From an uncultured Pseudomonadales bacterium (lineage in GTDB: Bacteria > Pseudomonadota > Gammaproteobacteria > Pseudomonadales > JAUIET01), in assembly GCA_964352475.1 (NCBI GenBank), contig CAYGSL010000002.1, forward strand, positions 106,071 to 170,070: DNA of 64,000 bases, given 5' to 3'. A program made the translations under genes and the position numbers. The notes below the pieces were generated by a model, which had not been told where the DNA came from, did no database searches, and saw only the letters and a program-made list of their open reading frames with translations. Shown piece by piece: positions 19,159 to 28,889 of this stretch. The first letter of the stretch is position 1. Each line of letters begins with the position of its first letter.

Positions 19159-21015
19159 CTATAGAGAAATATTTTCGCCATAACCGTGGCCAAAGCCGCT
19201 GGATGGGTCTTGAAACGATTGTATAACTTCCAGAAATTCGCTGCCGTATTTTTCAAGCTTGGCATCACCCACGCCGTTGAGTTGCAGGAAGGCGCTTGGG
19301 GACAGTGGTCGGTACTCCATCATTTCCATTAGGGTTGCGTCATGAAAAATAACGTATGGCGGCACACCTTGTGTTTCGGCAAGTTTGGTGCGGGTTTCTT
19401 TCAATGCATCCCACAGTTGATGATCCGATTCGCTTAGCTCACCATACTGGCCTTTGGATTTCTTATTGCGTGGTTTTTTGCGCAGTGCTTCCTTGGTGTC
19501 TTTGCGCATAAAAATGGTTTCTTCACCACGTAAGATAGAGCGGCATTTATCGCTGAGCTTAAGCGCGCCAAAGGCGTCGAAGTCTACTTCCAGATAAGAG
19601 CGTGCGACTAATTGCCGGAACACTGAACGCCATTGGTTGGCGTCCAGGTCTTTGCCTATGCCGTATGTGCTTAAGGCATCGTGCCCCCACTGCCTAACCT
19701 TGTCGGTGTCGCCGCCGCGCAATACGTCAATGATATGGCTTACACCAAAACGTTGACCGCTGCGATATACACAAGACAAGGCTTTCTGTGCGGCTTCAGT
19801 GCCATCCCAGGTTTCGATGGGGTTAATGCAGGCATCACAGTTGCCGCATTGTTCAGGACTGTTTTCATCGAAATACTGCAACAGCGCATGCCTACGACAG
19901 GAGGTAATTTCGCACAGGCCAAGCATCGCGTTCAGCCGGTGTTGCTCTATGCGCTTGAACTCTTCGTTGCCCTGAGAGTCTTCCATCATCTGGCGCAGCT
20001 TGATTACGTCTTGCAAGCCATAGGCCATCCACGCGGTGGCAGGCTCGCCATCGCGGCCGGCGCGGCCGGTTTCCTGGTAATAGGCTTCGATGCTCTTGGG
20101 TAAATCAAGGTGTGCTACGAAGCGTACGTTGGGCTTATCAACACCCATACCAAACGCGATGGTAGCAACAATAATCACGCCTTCCTCGCGCAGAAATCGC
20201 TGTTGGTTGCGTTGGCGTTTGTCGCTGCTCATGCCGGCGTGGTAGGGCAGGGCGTTAAAACCCTCGCCGCTCAACCAATCGGCTATGGATTCTACTTTCT
20301 TGCGCGACAGGCAATAGACAATGCCGCAGTCTTCACTGTGCTCATTTTTTAGAAAACTGAGTAACTGGCGTTTTTCATTTTGCTTGTTGGTGATGCGATA
20401 TTGAATGTTGGGCCTATCAAATCCGCAGATAAATTGTTTGGCGTCTTCCAATTGCAGGCGCAGCACAATTTCGCGTCGGGTTCGTTCATCGGCGGTAGCT
20501 GTGAGTGCTATACGCGGTACTGTTGGAAATTGCTCGTGCAGCAAATTAAGTTGCAGGTAGTCTGAACGAAAGTCGTGACCCCATTGCGCAACGCAATGCG
20601 CTTCATCTATGGCAAACAAGGCTGGCGTTACGCTGTGCAACATGTCCAGGGTTCGTTGTTGCACCAGTCTTTCCGGTGCAATGTACAGCAAATCCAGCTG
20701 ACCGTTGGCGTAGGACTGTTCTACTTCAAAGGCCTGCTGCGCTGACAGGCTGGAGTTAAGAAACCGCGCATCAACGCCCAATTGGGCAAGCGCATCTACC
20801 TGGTCTTGCATCAGCGCAATCAGTGGCGAGATGACAACGGCAGTGCCGTCACGCAATAGCGCGGGCAACTGGTAACACATGGATTTACCACCGCCGGTTG
20901 GCATCACAACCAGTGCGTCTTTACCTGACGCCACGCGTTGAATAATTTCTTCCTGCGGCTCGCGAAACACGCTGTAGCCGAATACCTGCTGCAGAATTTG
21001 CAGCGCCTCAGACAT
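19159..21015 (-). CDS. recQ: ATP-dependent DNA helicase RecQ
   Basis: 618 aa with PTGGGKS, DEAHC, a Zn-binding cysteine cluster (CGNCDAC) and a C-terminal HRDC-like region. Confidence 0.93.
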   Translation of the reverse strand: MSEALQILQQVFGYSVFREPQEEIIQRVASGKDALVVMPTGGGKSMCYQLPALLRDGTAVVISPLIALMQDQVDALAQLGVDARFLNSSLSAQQAFEVEQSYANGQLDLLYIAPERLVQQRTLDMLHSVTPALFAIDEAHCVAQWGHDFRSDYLQLNLLHEQFPTVPRIALTATADERTRREIVLRLQLEDAKQFICGFDRPNIQYRITNKQNEKRQLLSFLKNEHSEDCGIVYCLSRKKVESIADWLSGEGFNALPYHAGMSSDKRQRNQQRFLREEGVIIVATIAFGMGVDKPNVRFVAHLDLPKSIEAYYQETGRAGRDGEPATAWMAYGLQDVIKLRQMMEDSQGNEEFKRIEQHRLNAMLGLCEITSCRRHALLQYFDENSPEQCGNCDACINPIETWDGTEAAQKALSCVYRSGQRFGVSHIIDVLRGGDTDKVRQWGHDALSTYGIGKDLDANQWRSVFRQLVARSYLEVDFDAFGALKLSDKCRSILRGEETIFMRKDTKEALRKKPRNKKSKGQYGELSESDHQLWDALKETRTKLAETQGVPPYVIFHDATLMEMMEYRPLSPSAFLQLNGVGDAKLEKYGSEFLEVIQSFQDPSSGFGHGYGENISL

Positions 21016-21020
21016 GAGAC

Positions 21021-22595
21021 TCAGGCCTCAGAGCTTTGCAAAAACGATTCGCAGTAGCTTTTGGCCTGCTCGGTAACAGGAAGCGATTGGCAATGCGTTT
21101 GTGTGGTGTTGCGAAACTCCGCAAGTGCGGCCATGCGTGGGGCATTGTCACCTGCCCACTCTCGTAAGCTCTCATCAAGACCTTCCAACCGGGTGCGAGA
21201 GCGCTGATACATTGACTTGCTGGTGGCCAATTCGGCAAACACCTCATTGAAACCGCTGCGCACCGCAGCCAGGTTGTCGGCATCAAGTTCGAGAACGGTT
21301 CGCAGGTAATTAACCCCCCACTGGAATCGGGTGGCCGGTCCGCGGGCTTGATCAAAGGCTTTGCGCCGCCACTCAATGGCAGCATCGGCATTACCGAGCT
21401 TCTGTTCGATGTCGGCGAGTTCGCCCATGAAATAATAGACGTATTTAGAGCGTGAGACTTCAGCACTGAGCAGTTCCTTTGCTTCGGTGAGTTGGCCCGA
21501 TTCAACGAGCATATTCCCTGTTGCGTTTATTGTGGCATGAAACTTGGGGTCAACGCGATCCATTTTTTCTGCATCAGATCGTAAAGCGTTGATTCTTGCT
21601 AACACACCGTCAGCCAATTCAGCGTCCAGCGCTTTGTTAAGTCCAATCAATGCACGCAAAGACTGAATTCGTTGAAACAGCTCTGCGTCAGCATCGTCAC
21701 TCATGGTTTCATACAAGGTTCGAAACCGGGACTGCAGCTCTGGTGTCAGAATTGCGGCCAGAGATTCGCCGGTATCCAGAAAAAGATACAGGTTGGACTG
21801 CAATCGCTCCGGCTGTGCCAGCACGTCGCTGAGCAGCGTTGCGGCTTGTTGCCTGTCGCTGTCTGCCAGCTCAAGGTTGCCATCCGAATCTGTGGCAGCC
21901 ATGAGTTGTTGCTGCAACTGCATCACAGTCAGCCCCGCTTTTTCCTGGTCAGCTGATGCCGGGCAGTGTCTTGCGGCCGCGGAAAACACCTGGCTTAACA
22001 CGGCGGGTTCCAGTGGCTCCGGGTCTTGCTGCCAGGAATGTTGCGCTAACAGGCGACATTCAGCCTGGGTCAGTGCAATCGCAGGCTGGCCTAACTCGGT
22101 TAGGATACGTTGCGCCAAATTGCCTACGGGTTGCAGGTCATTAAGCGCGTACTGTAATACGTTGGCGTAGGCGCCCAAGTCCAGGCCATTGGGAATTCGG
22201 GTGAGTTCCTCGCCACTGGTATTAAAGACCACCAGCGTCGGGTAGCCCATCACGCCGTATTGTTCCGCATACTTCTGCGCACCGGGCGTGTCGCCGTCTA
22301 GATACACGGGCACAAACTGCCGACTGGCCTGAATAAATGACGGTTCCTGGAACACAGTTGCCTTGAGCTCATGACACGGCGGGCACCACACGGCGCCCCA
22401 GTACAGGAATACCGGCTTGTTTTCGGCCGTTGCCCTGGCGAAAGCCTGGTCCACGCTGCCGTCAAACCAGTGGATACCAGCCGCTGAATGATCAGCTGTG
22501 TTCTGCTCGGCTACTTTCTCAGTCTCTCTGTCTGTTGCCGGCTGACCGCAGGCCGCAAGTACCAGTAGCAAGATTAGTAAGACATGAATATTCAA
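21021..22595 (-). CDS. thioredoxin-fold lipoprotein with C-terminal helical-repeat region
   Basis: 524 aa. It has the lipobox LAAC, the thioredoxin motif WCPPCHEL, and a long alpha-helical C-terminal part. Confidence 0.75.
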   Translation of the reverse strand: MNIHVLLILLLVLAACGQPATDRETEKVAEQNTADHSAAGIHWFDGSVDQAFARATAENKPVFLYWGAVWCPPCHELKATVFQEPSFIQASRQFVPVYLDGDTPGAQKYAEQYGVMGYPTLVVFNTSGEELTRIPNGLDLGAYANVLQYALNDLQPVGNLAQRILTELGQPAIALTQAECRLLAQHSWQQDPEPLEPAVLSQVFSAAARHCPASADQEKAGLTVMQLQQQLMAATDSDGNLELADSDRQQAATLLSDVLAQPERLQSNLYLFLDTGESLAAILTPELQSRFRTLYETMSDDADAELFQRIQSLRALIGLNKALDAELADGVLARINALRSDAEKMDRVDPKFHATINATGNMLVESGQLTEAKELLSAEVSRSKYVYYFMGELADIEQKLGNADAAIEWRRKAFDQARGPATRFQWGVNYLRTVLELDADNLAAVRSGFNEVFAELATSKSMYQRSRTRLEGLDESLREWAGDNAPRMAALAEFRNTTQTHCQSLPVTEQAKSYCESFLQSSEA

Positions 22596-22674
22596 GCAGG
22601 TTAACTCCTGTTAAAGCAGCGCGGTGCAAAAAGGTATTATGCTGCCAGACAGCGTAAAACAACAGGGTAGCTAC

Positions 22675-23469
22675 ATGAGTATTCTTGAGCGATTTCGATT
22701 AGATGGCAAGGTGGCACTGGTCACCGGTGGCGGGCGCGGTATTGGCGAGGCCTGTGCGCTGGCGTTTGCGGAGGCGGGGGCCAACGTGGTGATTGGCGCG
22801 CGCACCGAATCGCAACTGGAAATTGTGGCCGAGAAAATACGAGCTATGGGGCAGCGCGCATTGGTCGTGCCGCTAAACGTGATGAAGGATGACCAGCTGG
22901 CGAATTTTGTTGATCAGGCAATGATGGAGTTCGGTCGAATTGATATTCTTGTTAACAACGCAGGTGGTGGTGCGGGGCCGGCACCGGCATTACAGACGTC
23001 AACAAAACAAATGGAGGCTGATTTTCGTTTCAACACCGTATCAGCGTTCGAATTGAGCAAACTGGTAGCACCACTGATGGTTGAAACGGCTGGTGGCGGC
23101 TCTATTGTGAATATCTCATCGGTGGCCGGCAGGCACCCGCACTCTTGTTTCGCAGCCTACGGTGTTGCGAAAGCATCATTGTCGTTTCTTAGTCAGGAAC
23201 TCGCCCAGGAATTTGCGCCGAAAGTGCGGGTAAATGCGATTGCGGTCGGTTCTACAAAAACCAGCGCGCTGGATACGGTGCTTACGCCTGAGATTGAACA
23301 GGCCATGGTTGAGTTAACTCCAATGGATAGGCTTGGTGAAGTAGAAGATATTTCCGCCTGCGCCTTGTATCTGGCCGCACCAGCGTCGGGCTATTTGACG
23401 GGTGATGTGATCCAGGTCAATGGCGGCTTGCAAACATTGAACATGATCATGCCACGCGCCTTCGATTAA
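22675..23469 (+). CDS. SDR-family oxidoreductase
   Basis: It has TGGGRGIGEA and NNAG, and the length is SDR-like. The likely start is ATG 22675. Confidence 0.88.
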   Translation: MSILERFRLDGKVALVTGGGRGIGEACALAFAEAGANVVIGARTESQLEIVAEKIRAMGQRALVVPLNVMKDDQLANFVDQAMMEFGRIDILVNNAGGGAGPAPALQTSTKQMEADFRFNTVSAFELSKLVAPLMVETAGGGSIVNISSVAGRHPHSCFAAYGVAKASLSFLSQELAQEFAPKVRVNAIAVGSTKTSALDTVLTPEIEQAMVELTPMDRLGEVEDISACALYLAAPASGYLTGDVIQVNGGLQTLNMIMPRAFD

Positions 23470-23473
23470 GCTC

Positions 23474-24028
23474 ATGGACCGCGAAGAACAAATTACCCGG
23501 TTGCTGGACAAGCAAGCCATTACCGATTTGCTGTACGCCTACTGCAATGCCGCAGATCGGCACGACAATGAAAAAATGCGCCAGTTATATCACGAAGACG
23601 CGATTGATGATCACGGCGGTTTCTTCAAAGGCCCGGCCATGGATTTTATCGATCATTTGCCTGACATTCAGAAATCCATGCGCATTCTGCATCACAACCT
23701 GACAACAATGAACATTGCCATTGACGGCGACTATGCCGAAGGCGAGATCTACGTACTTGCTTTTCACCAGGCACTGAATGAAAACGATGAGCCCATTGAT
23801 GTGTTGATAGGCGGTCGCTACCTTGACAAGTATGAAAAGCGCGACGGCATCTGGAAATTCAGTTACAAGGCTGTGCTGGCAGACTGGGTCAAGATTAGCG
23901 AACCAAGTGAGGTACGTCTTGACCATCCTTTTGTGGCTGGCTCGCACATAGGCGAGCCCGGGCCAGGCGACCCATCGTATGCAACTTTTCGCTTGTTAAC
24001 GGCTGGCAAGCCGCCGTTTAAGCACTAA
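23474..24028 (+). CDS. NTF2/SnoaL-like superfamily protein
   Basis: 184 aa. ITDLLYAYCNAADRHD..LYHEDAIDDHG resembles the SnoaL_4 / ring-hydroxylating-beta-like fold. It starts 4 nt after the SDR stop. Confidence 0.7.
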   Translation: MDREEQITRLLDKQAITDLLYAYCNAADRHDNEKMRQLYHEDAIDDHGGFFKGPAMDFIDHLPDIQKSMRILHHNLTTMNIAIDGDYAEGEIYVLAFHQALNENDEPIDVLIGGRYLDKYEKRDGIWKFSYKAVLADWVKISEPSEVRLDHPFVAGSHIGEPGPGDPSYATFRLLTAGKPPFKH

Positions 24029-24156
24029 TTAGTCCTTTCATCGGGCGCTTCGTCGGCGTTTTGCTGCGCCAGGCCAGATGCACGACGAACTGTGCTGTAG
24101 TCGAGATTAACTTCGATTAATGTTGCGGGATTGAATGTACCGGGTCTCTCCACGCA

Positions 24157-25935
24157 ATGTCGAAAACGCCGTTCTCTCTGCTACTGAGCAGTTTGCTACT
24201 TTCGCTTATCTCCAATCATGCCATGGCACACTCTGCCATGTTTCCAGATCAATTCCGCTATGACGGCAGTGATGAGGGGCGTCTTGAACAAGCGCAAGCC
24301 AGTGGCGGGCCAGCCAAAGCCAGAGCGGTTTTAAGTAACCAGAATTGTGTCGATGGTCTGGCTGGTGATTACCCCTGCCGCAATATCGACTTGCGCTCAC
24401 TGATGAGTAAAACCGAATTGGGTGGCGGTGACACGTATCTGAATGATATCTGGGGTTGGACAGATCTCACTACCGGCACCGAAGTGGCCATTGTAGGGCG
24501 TGAGAATGGCACTTCGTTTGTTGATATTAGCGACCCCGCCGACCCACAGCTAATGGGCTTCCTGCCATCGTCAAATGGCGGCGTTGGCGACTGGCGCGAC
24601 ATTAAGGTGTATCAAGATCATGCCTATATAGTGGCCGACGGTGCCGGCAATAATACGCACGGCTTACAGATCTTTGACCTGCGTACATTGAGCGGCATCA
24701 CTCCAGGAAGCACGCTCAGCGAAACAGCTACGCACACGGGTTTTGGCAATGCGCATAATATTGCGATCAACGAAGACAGTGGTTTTGCCTATGTCGTTGG
24801 GGCTAACCAGTGCAGCGGCGGCTTGTATATGCTGGATATTTCCACTCCGGCTAATCCGCAGTTCGCCGGGTGTTTCTCGGAAGACGGTTACACCCACGAC
24901 GCGCAATGCGTGGTGTATCAAGGTCCTGATACGCGTTTCTTTGGTCAGGAAATTTGTGTTGCCTACAACGAAGACACGCTGACGGTTGTTGATGTAACAA
25001 CCAAAAGCAACCCGGTGATGTTATCCCGAACGCCCTACCCAGGAGCTCAATATACCCATCAGGGCTGGTTTGTCAGTGACAACCATACCTATATCGTTAT
25101 GAATGACGAGCTGGATGAACAAAATGATGGTGTGAATACCACCAGCTATATGTGGAACATGAGCCTGCTGGATGCACCGATTGAGACCGGCAGGTACCGC
25201 GGTAATTCCAGGGCGATCGATCACAACATGTATACCCGGGACGGCTATGTGTTTGAATCAAATTACCGCGAAGGACTGCGTATTCTCAATGCCAGCAACG
25301 TAGACCTTGGCTCAATGAGTGAGCGCGCGTATTTCGATACCATTCCATGCTCTAACGCTCCGCGTTTTTCAGGCGCCTGGAGCAGCTATATCTACTTTGC
25401 CAGCGGTAACGTTATTGTTAGCGATATTGAGGCAGGATTGTTTGTGCTTAGACCCGACACGGCCGCAATTGCAGCGAATGCCAATAATGCGGCTCCTGCC
25501 AGCAGTCCGGTATGTGCGCCCGAGCCAGAGCCTACGCCCGAGCCAGAACCTGAGCCTACACCTGAACCAGAACCTACACCTGAACCGGAACCTGCACCCG
25601 AGCCTGAACCTGCGCCCGAGCCAGAACCTGCACCCGAGCCTGAACCTGCGCCCGAGCCAGAACCCGCTCCTGAGCCGGAACCCACACCAGAGCCGGAACC
25701 TACACCAGAGCCAGAGCCCACTCCTGCACCAATGCCTGAACCTGAGCCTGCTCCCGAACCAGAACCTGCGCCGGAACCCGAACCTGCGCCAGAACCAGAG
25801 CCTGCACCAACACCACAGCCAGCGTCGCCTCAACCGGCCGCTGAAGCCTCTTCCGGTGGTGGCGGTGGCAGTACTTCGCCGCTGGTAGCTGCTTTACTCG
25901 CAGCTGCGGTACTTCGACGGCGAAAAAAGCGCTAG
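24157..25935 (+). CDS. LVIVD-repeat (choice-of-anchor-B-like) secreted protein with PEPEPA/T linker and GlyGly-CTERM signal
   Basis: 592 aa with a signal peptide. It has [31 protein letters not shown] and repeated xxVVD/IFDL strands. The C-terminus is a long (PEPEPA/T)n repeat, then [28 protein letters not shown]. Confidence 0.85.
   Translation: MSKTPFSLLLSSLLLSLISNHAMAHSAMFPDQFRYDGSDEGRLEQAQASGGPAKARAVLSNQNCVDGLAGDYPCRNIDLRSLMSKTELGGGDTYLNDIWGWTDLTTGTEVAIVGRENGTSFVDISDPADPQLMGFLPSSNGGVGDWRDIKVYQDHAYIVADGAGNNTHGLQIFDLRTLSGITPGSTLSETATHTGFGNAHNIAINEDSGFAYVVGANQCSGGLYMLDISTPANPQFAGCFSEDGYTHDAQCVVYQGPDTRFFGQEICVAYNEDTLTVVDVTTKSNPVMLSRTPYPGAQYTHQGWFVSDNHTYIVMNDELDEQNDGVNTTSYMWNMSLLDAPIETGRYRGNSRAIDHNMYTRDGYVFESNYREGLRILNASNVDLGSMSERAYFDTIPCSNAPRFSGAWSSYIYFASGNVIVSDIEAGLFVLRPDTAAIAANANNAAPASSPVCAPEPEPTPEPEPEPTPEPEPTPEPEPAPEPEPAPEPEPAPEPEPAPEPEPAPEPEPTPEPEPTPEPEPTPAPMPEPEPAPEPEPAPEPEPAPEPEPAPTPQPASPQPAAEASSGGGGGSTSPLVAALLAAAVLRRRKKR
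25519..25809 (+). repeat. in-frame 18-bp tandem repeat encoding (PEPEPA/T)n
   Basis: Repeated ccngagccngaaccngcn units, with a partly 36-bp higher-order unit, encode [14 protein letters not shown]...[13 protein letters not shown] inside the 24157..25935 CDS. Confidence 0.9.
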
Positions 25936-27755
25936 AGCGGAACTTGCTCTCGCTCTTGCGCTCGCCAGAGCGCGGCATAGGCGCTGTCTGATTGCAGTAA
26001 GACATCATGGCTGCCTTGCTCAACAATGCCGCCTTCGCCCATTACAATAATGCGGTCTGAATCAACCACCGTTGATAAGCGATGAGCTATCGTCAGACTG
26101 GTATGACCTTGTTGAAAGTCCTTTAACGCAGACATGATTGCTTGTTCCGAGCGACTGTCCAGCGACGAGGTTGCTTCGTCAAACACCAAAATAGGCGCAC
26201 CTTTCAAAATGGTTCGGGCAATCGCCACGCGTTGTTTTTCGCCGCCAGAGAGCTTCAGCCCACGCTCACCAACAGCGGTATCCACGCCATCAGGCAAAGA
26301 GGCAATAAAGTCTTGCAAGTGCGCCATTTTAATTGCAGCGCGCACTTCCTTATCGCTGGCATCAATCCGCCCGTAACGTATATTCTCCAAAATGGAGTCG
26401 TTGAATAACACGGTATCCTGCGGAACAATGCCTATGGCATCGCGCACTGACTTCTGGGTGCATTGCGCTATGTCCTGGCCATTAATCAGAATCTGACCGG
26501 CTTCGCCTTGGCCATCCTGGCTTGGGTCATAAAATCGGAATAACAGCTTCACTAGCGTGGATTTGCCAGCACCGCTGCCGCCAACTAGCGCCACTTTTTC
26601 GCCCGGGTGAATAGTGAAGTCCAGGTTGTTCAAAATATCTCGGTCGTTATTGTAGCGAAAGCTCACATTACTAAACTGCACGCTGGGCGGCTTGTCCGTG
26701 GGTAGTTGCAGCTCAACAGCGTCAACCGCGTCGCGCACCGAGGGTTGTTCGTCAAGCAAGGCAAACATCTGCTCAATGTTTGCCATTGAGCCTTTAATTT
26801 CTCTATACACGAAACCGAGAAAATTGAGCGGCAAAAACAGCTGCAGCATAAACGCATTAATCAACACGAAATCGCCCAGCGTCATATCACCGCTGGCGAC
26901 TCTTTGCGCTGCAAGCATCATCATGGCGGTCATTGCACCTGCAATGATAAAAGCCTGGCCCGCGTTCAGTGTAAACAACGATAAGCGATTTTTGCGCCGT
27001 GCAGATTCCCATTCCGCCAGGTCCAGGTCATAACGATCAGCCTCAAATTTTTCGTTAGTGAAGTACTTAACCGTTTCATAGTTCAACAAGCTGTCTATCG
27101 CATGAGTATTACTTGTAGAGTCTGCCAGGTTCGCCGCACGAACAAATCGCGTGCGCCATTCAGTAGTCACAACCGAAAATGCAACGTATAAGGCAATAGC
27201 AATAAGCGTGATAACGGCGAAGTGCCAGCCGTAGTTCGCCATCAGCAGGCCAATCACCAGAAAAATTTCCAGAAAAGTCGGCACGATATTAAACACGAAG
27301 AAGCGCATTAAAAAACCAACGCCAGTGGTACCGCGTTCAATATCGCGGGCAAGCCCACCGGTTCGCCGATTTAAATGAAAGTCCAGGTCCAGTGCATGCA
27401 GATGCTCAAACACCTGCAGACCAATCCTGCGCATGGCGCGCTCGGTAACACGGCCAAACACCGTGTCACGCAATTCGCCAAATGCCACGCTGGAAAATCG
27501 CGCCATACCATAGGCCACTACCAGAGCGACTGGAACGACAATCAGCTCGCCACCAACCGGCTCTGCGTCCAGGGTATCAACAATGTATTTCAACAGGAAC
27601 GGGCCGATCACACTGGCGCCTTTGGCCGCAAGCAGGCAAAGAAACGCCAAGACTATTCTGTTTCGGTAGCCGGCAAGGTGCGGCCAGATCATCTGAAATA
27701 CGCGCCAGTTCAGTTTTGCATCGGCATTGTCGGCAAGCTGGCCGTGAGGTGACAT
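25932..27755 (-). CDS. ABC transporter permease/ATP-binding fusion (ABCB-type exporter, Atm1/HMT-like tentative)
   Basis: 607 aa. An N-terminal 6-TM domain is followed by Walker [10 protein letters not shown], the signature [13 protein letters not shown] and Walker [13 protein letters not shown]. Confidence 0.88.
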   Translation of the reverse strand: MSPHGQLADNADAKLNWRVFQMIWPHLAGYRNRIVLAFLCLLAAKGASVIGPFLLKYIVDTLDAEPVGGELIVVPVALVVAYGMARFSSVAFGELRDTVFGRVTERAMRRIGLQVFEHLHALDLDFHLNRRTGGLARDIERGTTGVGFLMRFFVFNIVPTFLEIFLVIGLLMANYGWHFAVITLIAIALYVAFSVVTTEWRTRFVRAANLADSTSNTHAIDSLLNYETVKYFTNEKFEADRYDLDLAEWESARRKNRLSLFTLNAGQAFIIAGAMTAMMMLAAQRVASGDMTLGDFVLINAFMLQLFLPLNFLGFVYREIKGSMANIEQMFALLDEQPSVRDAVDAVELQLPTDKPPSVQFSNVSFRYNNDRDILNNLDFTIHPGEKVALVGGSGAGKSTLVKLLFRFYDPSQDGQGEAGQILINGQDIAQCTQKSVRDAIGIVPQDTVLFNDSILENIRYGRIDASDKEVRAAIKMAHLQDFIASLPDGVDTAVGERGLKLSGGEKQRVAIARTILKGAPILVFDEATSSLDSRSEQAIMSALKDFQQGHTSLTIAHRLSTVVDSDRIIVMGEGGIVEQGSHDVLLQSDSAYAALWRAQEREQVPL

Positions 27756-27758
27756 GTG

Positions 27759-28889
27759 TTAGCAGCCACCGTCCAGAGCGTTTATCCACTCATTTAACAG
27801 TGCTATACCCTCTGCGTGCGCCAGCGATCTACCCAGCTCGGGCATCATGTCACCAGGCTTGGTAGATCGCATTCGAAACGTCATGATGGACCGCTCCGCA
27901 TTACCCGGAACAATCGAGTATTGTCGATTGCCAGTACCGCGCCCGGCGGCCACCGGCGGTTTGCATACACCCATAGACAGCGCGTTTGTGTTTTGAATAT
28001 TTAGCAGCAATGCCGATGTGTCGGCAGCGCCGTTGGGGTTATGGCAATGGCTGCAGTTAATATCAAGATACGCTCGAGCGCGCTCATCCAACGAATGTCC
28101 AGCGCCGTGCTGCCAATCTGCATTTGCAGTAATTGCTTCAGGTACTCCAGTTAACGACAACTTCTCGCGCCAGGCAGTCAGTTGAGCTGCGCCGTCATGG
28201 TAGACAGACGCCTTATGCAAGTGCCTCGCCTTAGGGCCTATGGGCAGCAGTTGTTTGGAACCATGATCGGTTTCATGGCAGCCTGCGCATTGGTTTTTGT
28301 CGGGAACTACATAGGCAAATGATTGAGCCTCGCCACTGGCAGGTTCAAGCAGCGACAATGATTTGATGTCTCCGGTGATCTCCAGACTGGCATCGGTCTG
28401 TTGGTCATTCCATACGTAAGGCAAAGCCTGCCAGTGGTCGCTGTGGCGAATCAGCAAACGGGTTTCAATCAAACGCACTTTGCCCATATCAAGTGCACCA
28501 TTGGCGAAGTACTGGGCCTGATCAGCCTCTTTGAGTACCGTGTTAAAGCCGGCATCGGCAGCGCTGGCCCTGGGGTAAAAAAAGGTTTTGGAAATAACCG
28601 TGCCTACCGGAAAATCAAATGTCTCCTCGTCGTCATAGGCAATTTGCTGGCCCTCTGGAATCCAAACGGTGCGCAGCTTATGCGCGTAATCAGTAAACAA
28701 ACTACTGTTTAAATCATACGGTACAGCACGCGTATTAAGCTGCAGGCGCTGATTACCAACAGATAACAATTGCCACGCGCTGAGTTGCTGGGGAACAGCG
28801 TCCGCGGCGTGCAGCTTCACGTCTTTTGGGGTCTGCGAACAAGACAGTAGCAGTACGCAGCTAACAAGCAGTAAACAGTAACGGTGCAT
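27759..28889 (-). CDS. diheme c-type cytochrome lipoprotein (recalled as SO_2930 / HNE_0200-type family)
   Basis: 376 aa with the lipobox LLSC and two CXXCH motifs (CAGCHETDHG and CSHCHNPNG). The start codon directly abuts the stop of the upstream beta-helix gene. Confidence 0.8.
   Translation of the reverse strand: MHRYCLLLVSCVLLLSCSQTPKDVKLHAADAVPQQLSAWQLLSVGNQRLQLNTRAVPYDLNSSLFTDYAHKLRTVWIPEGQQIAYDDEETFDFPVGTVISKTFFYPRASAADAGFNTVLKEADQAQYFANGALDMGKVRLIETRLLIRHSDHWQALPYVWNDQQTDASLEITGDIKSLSLLEPASGEAQSFAYVVPDKNQCAGCHETDHGSKQLLPIGPKARHLHKASVYHDGAAQLTAWREKLSLTGVPEAITANADWQHGAGHSLDERARAYLDINCSHCHNPNGAADTSALLLNIQNTNALSMGVCKPPVAAGRGTGNRQYSIVPGNAERSIMTFRMRSTKPGDMMPELGRSLAHAEGIALLNEWINALDGGC

Noticed and set aside
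21008-21505. A 165-aa minus-strand ORF.
   Set aside because: It is an alternative frame of the thioredoxin-fold lipoprotein gene (21021..22595), with a Pro/Ser/Arg-rich composition typical of an off-frame read.
25519-25809. A regular short repeat that could superficially resemble a CRISPR array.
   Set aside because: The period is 18 bp (partly 36 bp) with no unique spacers. It is entirely in frame inside a protein-coding gene, and there are no cas genes in the window.
25319-25888. Several long ORFs in other frames or on the opposite strand across the PEPEPA/T repeat. They include the 189-aa + frame ORF, a 154-aa R/W/F-rich ORF on the minus strand, and a 109-aa GSGSGA-repeat ORF on the minus strand.
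   Set aside because: They are alternative-frame readings of a low-complexity 18-bp tandem repeat that lies in frame within a well-supported CDS (24157..25935). They show no start or RBS context and no independent evidence.
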